From positions 117,043-181,042 of IMG/VR virus record IMGVR_UViG_3300031867_004305: a stretch of 64,000 bases of DNA; one strand, 5' to 3'. Each line of letters begins with the position of its first letter. Positions within the stretch are counted from its first letter, which is position 1. A program made the position numbers and the translations under genes. This document shows positions 58,653 through 64,000 of the stretch, one piece after another. This DNA comes from a virus. Taxonomy: Duplodnaviria > Caudoviricetes. The notes under the pieces were generated by a model. It was not told where the DNA came from. It saw only the letters and a list, made by a program, of their open reading frames with translations, and ran no database searches.

Positions 58653-59441
58653 ATGTCTAAATGTGGTATTTATGGTTTTTTTCAAATTTCTAGTGGTAAA
58701 TGGTATGTTGGGCAATCTATTGATATAGAACGTCGTGAAAAAGAACATCGCACTTGCATTGATTTAGATTGGCATCAATTTCTTTTAAAAAATCCAAATG
58801 ATTTTATTTTTACTATTTTAGAAGAATGTAAAGAAGAAGAACTTGATTCGCGCGAAGCCTATTATATTAATTTATATAATAGTTATGAACATGGTTTTAA
58901 TTCTACCCATGGTAATCATATTGAAGAACAGCAAGAAAAAATAGATACAAGCATACTTCTAACAGAATGGCGCGGATATACTATTACTGATGAAGATAAA
59001 CAACGTATTTTAAGGGCAATTCAAAGAGAATCTTTTTCAAAATTAATTCAAAAAATTTTAATAGAATTAGATAAACAATATGATTATATTAAGTATGATT
59101 TAACTTGGAAATTTGATGAGAATTGTTTTTTAATTAAAGCTTTTCCTTTTAAAGACGGCGGATGTAAATTGGACGACGCTATATTTATATATTTAAATTT
59201 AAAAAATAATACCACAAAAGAAGAACAAGATAATCTTTTTCAACAACAAATACCAGAAAATCTTTACTATTTTATGAGAGACATAGACTCTTATAACGGA
59301 CCATATCATAATTATTTTTATATCTTTAATAGGTATGGATATAAATGCAATGCTATTTTTAGACTTTTATCATGGCACTATAATTGGACAAATTCCCAAG
59401 AAATAATAAAAGATATTGAACCACACTATGTCAACTTTTAA
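58653..59441 (+). CDS. GIY-YIG domain protein
   Basis: CGIY...WYVGQSIDIERR..EH...E.YYI...GFN. Confidence 0.8.
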   Translation: MSKCGIYGFFQISSGKWYVGQSIDIERREKEHRTCIDLDWHQFLLKNPNDFIFTILEECKEEELDSREAYYINLYNSYEHGFNSTHGNHIEEQQEKIDTSILLTEWRGYTITDEDKQRILRAIQRESFSKLIQKILIELDKQYDYIKYDLTWKFDENCFLIKAFPFKDGGCKLDDAIFIYLNLKNNTTKEEQDNLFQQQIPENLYYFMRDIDSYNGPYHNYFYIFNRYGYKCNAIFRLLSWHYNWTNSQEIIKDIEPHYVNF

Positions 59442-59717
59442 TAGTTGACTTTTCTTTTAATTTATGGTATAATTAAATGTAAAGAAAAGGAGGGATAATG
59501 TGAATATTGAATGTAATAATTGCAAAGATTTAAAAGATCAATTTGGTAATTTTGTATTTTGTCCTTTTCTTAAACGTTTTGTAGACTGGGAGTATTGGAA
59601 TGGAACTTGTCCAGAAGATTGTCCTAAATTAAATAATAAAATAAATTTTTCTGGACTGGAAGAACTTACATAAAGTTTAGTCCAGTAAAATCACTTATCT
59701 TATGAGAGGTGATGAAT

Positions 59718-60461
59718 ATGCCAGATAAAGTTAAAAATGAAATTGGTAATATTTATGGTTATTTAACTGTAATAAAACGAGCAGAAAATAATAAAGAAGG
59801 CAGAGCACAATGGCTTTGTCAATGCAAATGTGGGAATCAAGTTGTAGTTCTTGGAAAACATTTACGCTCGGGGAATACTAAATCCTGCGGTTGTTATCAG
59901 CGTGAACAAGCCAAAAAAAGTAATTTATTGCGCGGTGGAGATTTAACTGGAAAACGTTTTGGAAAATTAGTAGTTATAAAAGAAGACGGTTTTATTACTA
60001 GAACAAATGGTAAACACAGCAGATTGTGGTTATGCCAGTGTGATTGCGGCAATCAATGCCATGTTCAACACCAGTATCTTACTTTTGGTGATACTTCCTC
60101 ATGTGGCTGTATTAATTCAAAAGGCAATATGACAATTCACCGATTATTAACTTTAAAAGGAATTAAATTCAGTACAGAATATGTTTTTCCAGATTTATTT
60201 GGAGATGGTGGCCGTCAATTGCGATATGATTTTGCGATTTTAAATGAGGATGATACTTTAAAATGCTTAATTGAATATCAAGGCGATATTCATTATACTG
60301 TTCGTTCTCACGGTTGGAATACGCCTGAAGCTTTTGAAATTAGAAAAAAATATGATAAAAGAAAATTAGACTATTGTCTTGACAATAATATAAAATTATG
60401 TTATATTACATATAAAGATGATATAGAAGAAAAATTGGAGGAAATAATTAATGGCTTATAA
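59718..60461 (+). CDS. Putative homing endonuclease, third SCGC-repeat paralogue
   Basis: SCGC repeats; RYDFAI...IEYQGDIH. Confidence 0.75.
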   Translation: MPDKVKNEIGNIYGYLTVIKRAENNKEGRAQWLCQCKCGNQVVVLGKHLRSGNTKSCGCYQREQAKKSNLLRGGDLTGKRFGKLVVIKEDGFITRTNGKHSRLWLCQCDCGNQCHVQHQYLTFGDTSSCGCINSKGNMTIHRLLTLKGIKFSTEYVFPDLFGDGGRQLRYDFAILNEDDTLKCLIEYQGDIHYTVRSHGWNTPEAFEIRKKYDKRKLDYCLDNNIKLCYITYKDDIEEKLEEIINGL

Positions 60462-62316
60462 TGCTGATTCAATTCAAGTAAGAGATTTTAGAACCGCGGC
60501 CAGAACAACTCCTGGTATGTATATAGGTGCTGATGGCCAAGATGCGGTTTTTAATTGTTTTCTTGAAATTCTTAATAATTCTTGTGACGAAGCTATTATG
60601 GGCCGCGGAAAAGAAATTATTGTAGAAGTAACGGATAATGATATTCAAATTACCGATTTTGGCGCCGGAGTTCCTCATGGCCCAAATAAAGATTGTGATG
60701 AAGTATTAATTGAACTTTATACATCTGCCCATTCATCCGGAAAATTTTCAAATGATAATTATTCTCGTGTGCGAGGTATGCACGGTGTTGGGGCTTCAAC
60801 AGTATGTGTTTGTTCTAAATCATTTGTTGTCACAACTAAACGTGAAGGTGGCGAATGGACTTTAAAATTCATAGATGGAATTCCAGTTGCACCTAAAGCC
60901 GCGCGTCTTCGTGACACAAAAGAAACTGGAACTATAATTTATTTTCAACCAGATAAAGAAATTTTTCATATAGATGATAATACTCCTGCTTTTGATATTC
61001 CTCGTATTAGAGACGAACTTCGTTTAACAAGTTATTTTATTCCTAACGTCGCCTTTACTCTACGAGATGGAACACGAGAAGATTGTTTCTTTTCTAAAAA
61101 TGGATTAAAAGATTTTGCGGCTGCACAAATTACGAATGCTCTACATAAAAATTATATTTATGGAAATAAGCATTTTGATGGAGATATTGATATTGAAGTC
61201 TTTGCTCAATGGACCTCTGGAAAAGAAAAATGTTATGTATTTTCAAACGGGGCATTAAATGCATCTGGCGGTACTCCGGTGTCTGGCATGAAAGCGGCTT
61301 TTACTAGAACAATTAACGATCAGTCAAAAGAATCTTTTGACGGTGATATGATTCGTAAAGGTCTTGTTACAATTATTAATATCAAGCATCCGCATCCTGT
61401 TTATCAAAATCAGGTTAAAGATAAAATACAAAATCAAGAACTTCGCGGTCAAACACAAACAGTTTTTACTGAAGCAATTAAAGATTGGATTATCAAGAAC
61501 AGAGAAGATTTTGAAAAAATTATTAATCTTCTAATTCGTGACAAGAAAGCAGAAGCAGCCGCGGAAAAAGCAAGACTTGGAGTTCTAAATTTTGATAAAA
61601 AAGAAGCGGAACATAAAAAGAAAAAAATTACTTCTTCTGATAAATTTAAGGATTGCGAGAAACACGGACAAGATTCTATGCTAATTGTTTGCGAGGGTAA
61701 TTCTGCGTTGGGTGGACTTCTTCCTGCGCGCGATGTTAATACAGAGGCTCTTTATGCTGTGCGCGGTAAAGTAAAGAATCTATTAAAGCACCCACTTGAT
61801 GAATGTCTTGAAAATCAGGAAGTTTCGGATATTGTTATGGCGCTTGGTTGCGGCATTCAGAACCGATATAATAGTAAGAAGTTGAATTATGGTAAAGTCG
61901 CTATTGCCACAGACGCCGATGTGGATGGATATTCAATTATGTGCTTAATTGCTACTATGTTTTATGTACTTATGCCTGATTTTATTAAAGAAAAAAGATT
62001 ATGTTGGCTACGAGCACCTTTATATAGGCTAAGTAAAGGAAATCAAAAAATTTATGCTTACACAGATGAAGAATTAAAAGAATTATCTAAAGGCAGAGAA
62101 AATTGGGAACAAAGTCGCTATAAGGGCCTTGGGGAGTGTTCCCCTGAAGATATGGAAAAATCGATGCTTCATCCTACCGAACGACGTCTTGAAATATTAA
62201 CCATTAATGACGCAGAAGCCGCGGCTGAAAGTCTAAAGATGCTTATGGGTGTTGATGTTGAACCAAGAAGAGAATTTCTGTTTGAGAATGTTGATTTTAG
62301 TATTTTAAATAATTAG
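60451..62316 (+). CDS. gyrB: Type IIA topoisomerase subunit B
   Basis: PGMYIG, E...N..DE, HSSGKF, GMHGVG, EGNSA, RGK, DADVDG, RYKGLGE. Confidence 0.92.
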   Translation: MAYNADSIQVRDFRTAARTTPGMYIGADGQDAVFNCFLEILNNSCDEAIMGRGKEIIVEVTDNDIQITDFGAGVPHGPNKDCDEVLIELYTSAHSSGKFSNDNYSRVRGMHGVGASTVCVCSKSFVVTTKREGGEWTLKFIDGIPVAPKAARLRDTKETGTIIYFQPDKEIFHIDDNTPAFDIPRIRDELRLTSYFIPNVAFTLRDGTREDCFFSKNGLKDFAAAQITNALHKNYIYGNKHFDGDIDIEVFAQWTSGKEKCYVFSNGALNASGGTPVSGMKAAFTRTINDQSKESFDGDMIRKGLVTIINIKHPHPVYQNQVKDKIQNQELRGQTQTVFTEAIKDWIIKNREDFEKIINLLIRDKKAEAAAEKARLGVLNFDKKEAEHKKKKITSSDKFKDCEKHGQDSMLIVCEGNSALGGLLPARDVNTEALYAVRGKVKNLLKHPLDECLENQEVSDIVMALGCGIQNRYNSKKLNYGKVAIATDADVDGYSIMCLIATMFYVLMPDFIKEKRLCWLRAPLYRLSKGNQKIYAYTDEELKELSKGRENWEQSRYKGLGECSPEDMEKSMLHPTERRLEILTINDAEAAAESLKMLMGVDVEPRREFLFENVDFSILNN

Positions 62317-62326
62317 GAAATAATTA

Positions 62327-62554
62327 ATGACATATAATTTAAATGATTATAGAGAAGTAAATTGTAAAGAATTCCAAGAATATTTTAAAAACGCTCCTAA
62401 AACTTATCCAGTAGTTTTTTCAGATTTACAAATTAATTTTGGTAATTGTTATACTTATGGTTATTGTACCTATGATACAAATAAAATTATTGGAATATTT
62501 AAAGGAGCAAATTGTAATGAACAATTTAGTAAATATTACATATTAAAAAGTTGA
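62327..62554 (+). CDS. Hypothetical protein
   Basis: Short ORF between topoisomerase genes. Confidence 0.45.
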   Translation: MTYNLNDYREVNCKEFQEYFKNAPKTYPVVFSDLQINFGNCYTYGYCTYDTNKIIGIFKGANCNEQFSKYYILKS

Positions 62555-62608
62555 CTTTTATACGAATCTATGTTATAATATAATAAATAAGAAAAGGAAG
62601 TGAACAAT

Positions 62609-64000
62609 TTGATTTACGAAACTGATTTTCAAAAACAAATTGAAGGAGCTTTCTTGACTTACGCCGCTTCGGTGGCACAGGAACGTGCAATACCGGATGC
62701 TAGGGATTTTCTAAAGATTGGCTTACGTCAAGGATTGTACGCTCAATTTTCTAATAAGATAACACATAAAGATAAATTTCAAAAAGCACAAAAGTCTGTT
62801 GCTGCAGCGATGGCTCAGTCATATGTCCATGGTGATGTAGCAATGTATGATACTTTTATACGAACTGCTCGTCCATGGTCATATCGTTATCCGATTGAAG
62901 AAGTTCAAGGTAACTATGGTAATCCATCTTCTCCTGATAGCCACGCGGCCGCACGTTATGTTGAAATGCGTGCTGGTGAAATGGCTGATTACTTCTTTGC
63001 GGGTTTAAAGAAAAACGCAATTGGAGAACAATGGTATTCTAATTATGATGATACAGAAATGATTCCTTCTGTATTGCCTTCTATTGGATTCTGGAATATT
63101 GTAAATGGATGTTCTGGTATTGCCGTTGCAATGGCAACTTCAGTTCCACAATTTAATTTGCGCGAAGTAAACGAGGCACTAATTAAGATTATCCAGAATC
63201 CCGATGTAAGTTTCAATGAAATTTATTGTGCTCCTGATTTTGCGACTGGCGGAACTATTACAAATGCAAAGGCAATTCGTGAAAGTCTCAAGAATGGCAA
63301 GGGTGAATCTATTCGTATCAAGGCGAAACTAGATTATTTCCCTGACCAGAATATGATTCAAGCAACTGAACTACCTTATGGTGTTTTTACAAACACTATA
63401 ATTGACCAACTAGCCACTCTAACAAATGAAAATGAAAGTTATGGAATAGAACGAGTTGTAGATCATACCAAGAAAGTAGCTGATATTCGTATCTATCTTT
63501 CAAAAGGCGCAAATCCAAAGCGAATGATAGCCAAGCTTTACAAGGACACAAGTCTTGAGAATTGGTATGCAGTAAACATGATTCTGCTGGATAATGGGCG
63601 CTTTCCAAAAGTATTTGGTTGGCGTGAAGCGTGTGATGCCTACATCACTCATATTCGTGAATGTAAGCGTAACATTATTCAATTTGATTTGGATAAGGCA
63701 CTTGCACGCGAAAATGTAGTAGAAGGACTTATTCTTGCGGCAGCTTCTATTGATGAAGTCGTAGCAATTATTCGTTCTTCTCAAAATCCAGCAGAAGCAT
63801 CTGAAAAACTTATTGCTCGTTTTAAGTTTAATGAAGAACAGACAAAGGCAATTCTCGCTATGAAACTTTCTTCATTAACAAAAATAGATGCTATCAAATT
63901 AAACGATGAACTAGAAGAACTTAAAAGAAAAATAGAGGAGTATCGTCACTTATTATCTGATACTACCGCTTTGAATAATGAACTAATTAAAATACTACAG
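62609..64000 (+). CDS. gyrA: Type IIA topoisomerase subunit A, runs off window
   Basis: Read from sequence: ERAIPDARD.LK, HGD, QGNYG, AAARYVE, NG.SGIAVAMAT, PDFATGG, TELPY; missing from ORF track because it has no stop in the window. Confidence 0.9.
   Translation, partial: MIYETDFQKQIEGAFLTYAASVAQERAIPDARDFLKIGLRQGLYAQFSNKITHKDKFQKAQKSVAAAMAQSYVHGDVAMYDTFIRTARPWSYRYPIEEVQGNYGNPSSPDSHAAARYVEMRAGEMADYFFAGLKKNAIGEQWYSNYDDTEMIPSVLPSIGFWNIVNGCSGIAVAMATSVPQFNLREVNEALIKIIQNPDVSFNEIYCAPDFATGGTITNAKAIRESLKNGKGESIRIKAKLDYFPDQNMIQATELPYGVFTNTIIDQLATLTNENESYGIERVVDHTKKVADIRIYLSKGANPKRMIAKLYKDTSLENWYAVNMILLDNGRFPKVFGWREACDAYITHIRECKRNIIQFDLDKALARENVVEGLILAAASIDEVVAIIRSSQNPAEASEKLIARFKFNEEQTKAILAMKLSSLTKIDAIKLNDELEELKRKIEEYRHLLSDTTALNNELIKILQ

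Overview
64-kb segment of a large, AT-rich tailed phage genome, probably infecting a Firmicutes/Clostridia host (canonical sigmaA promoters, AGGAGG RBS, a sortase-anchored protein). Nearly all real genes are on the + strand and read cleanly in code 11. (1) 1-16.9 kb: tail/baseplate/receptor-binding module, including several Ig-like + C-type-lectin-like fibres whose 3' ends look like DGR variable repeats; no RT or template repeat is visible in the window. (2) 17-40.3 kb: an RNA island with about 20 tRNA genes, free-standing homing endonucleases and an RNA-repair-like gene set (metallophosphoesterase, DUF2828 TROVE/Ro-like vWA protein, cyclic-phosphate receiver domain, Rnl2-type RNA ligase). It carries an unusual density of ncRNAs. 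Two tRNA genes (Ile-UAU, Leu-UAA) have anticodon loops interrupted by short tRNA-shaped inserts ending in ACCA. Eight RNAs share a terminal stem plus a CAGCAA motif; two of them are circularly permuted tRNA mimics resembling bacterial Y RNA YrlA. There is also a ROOL-sized RNA, a ~730-nt structured RNA and a mimic of the 23S rRNA L11-binding domain. (3) 41-64 kb: holins, RNase H, DNA ligase, ClpP, PhoH, nucleotide-salvage genes, a probable iteron origin, a methyltransferase/nuclease pair and type II topoisomerase B and A subunits. The best candidate new system is tRNA-within-tRNA introns plus Y-RNA-like decoys, served by the phage RNA ligase and Ro-like protein; this is inference from sequence only.
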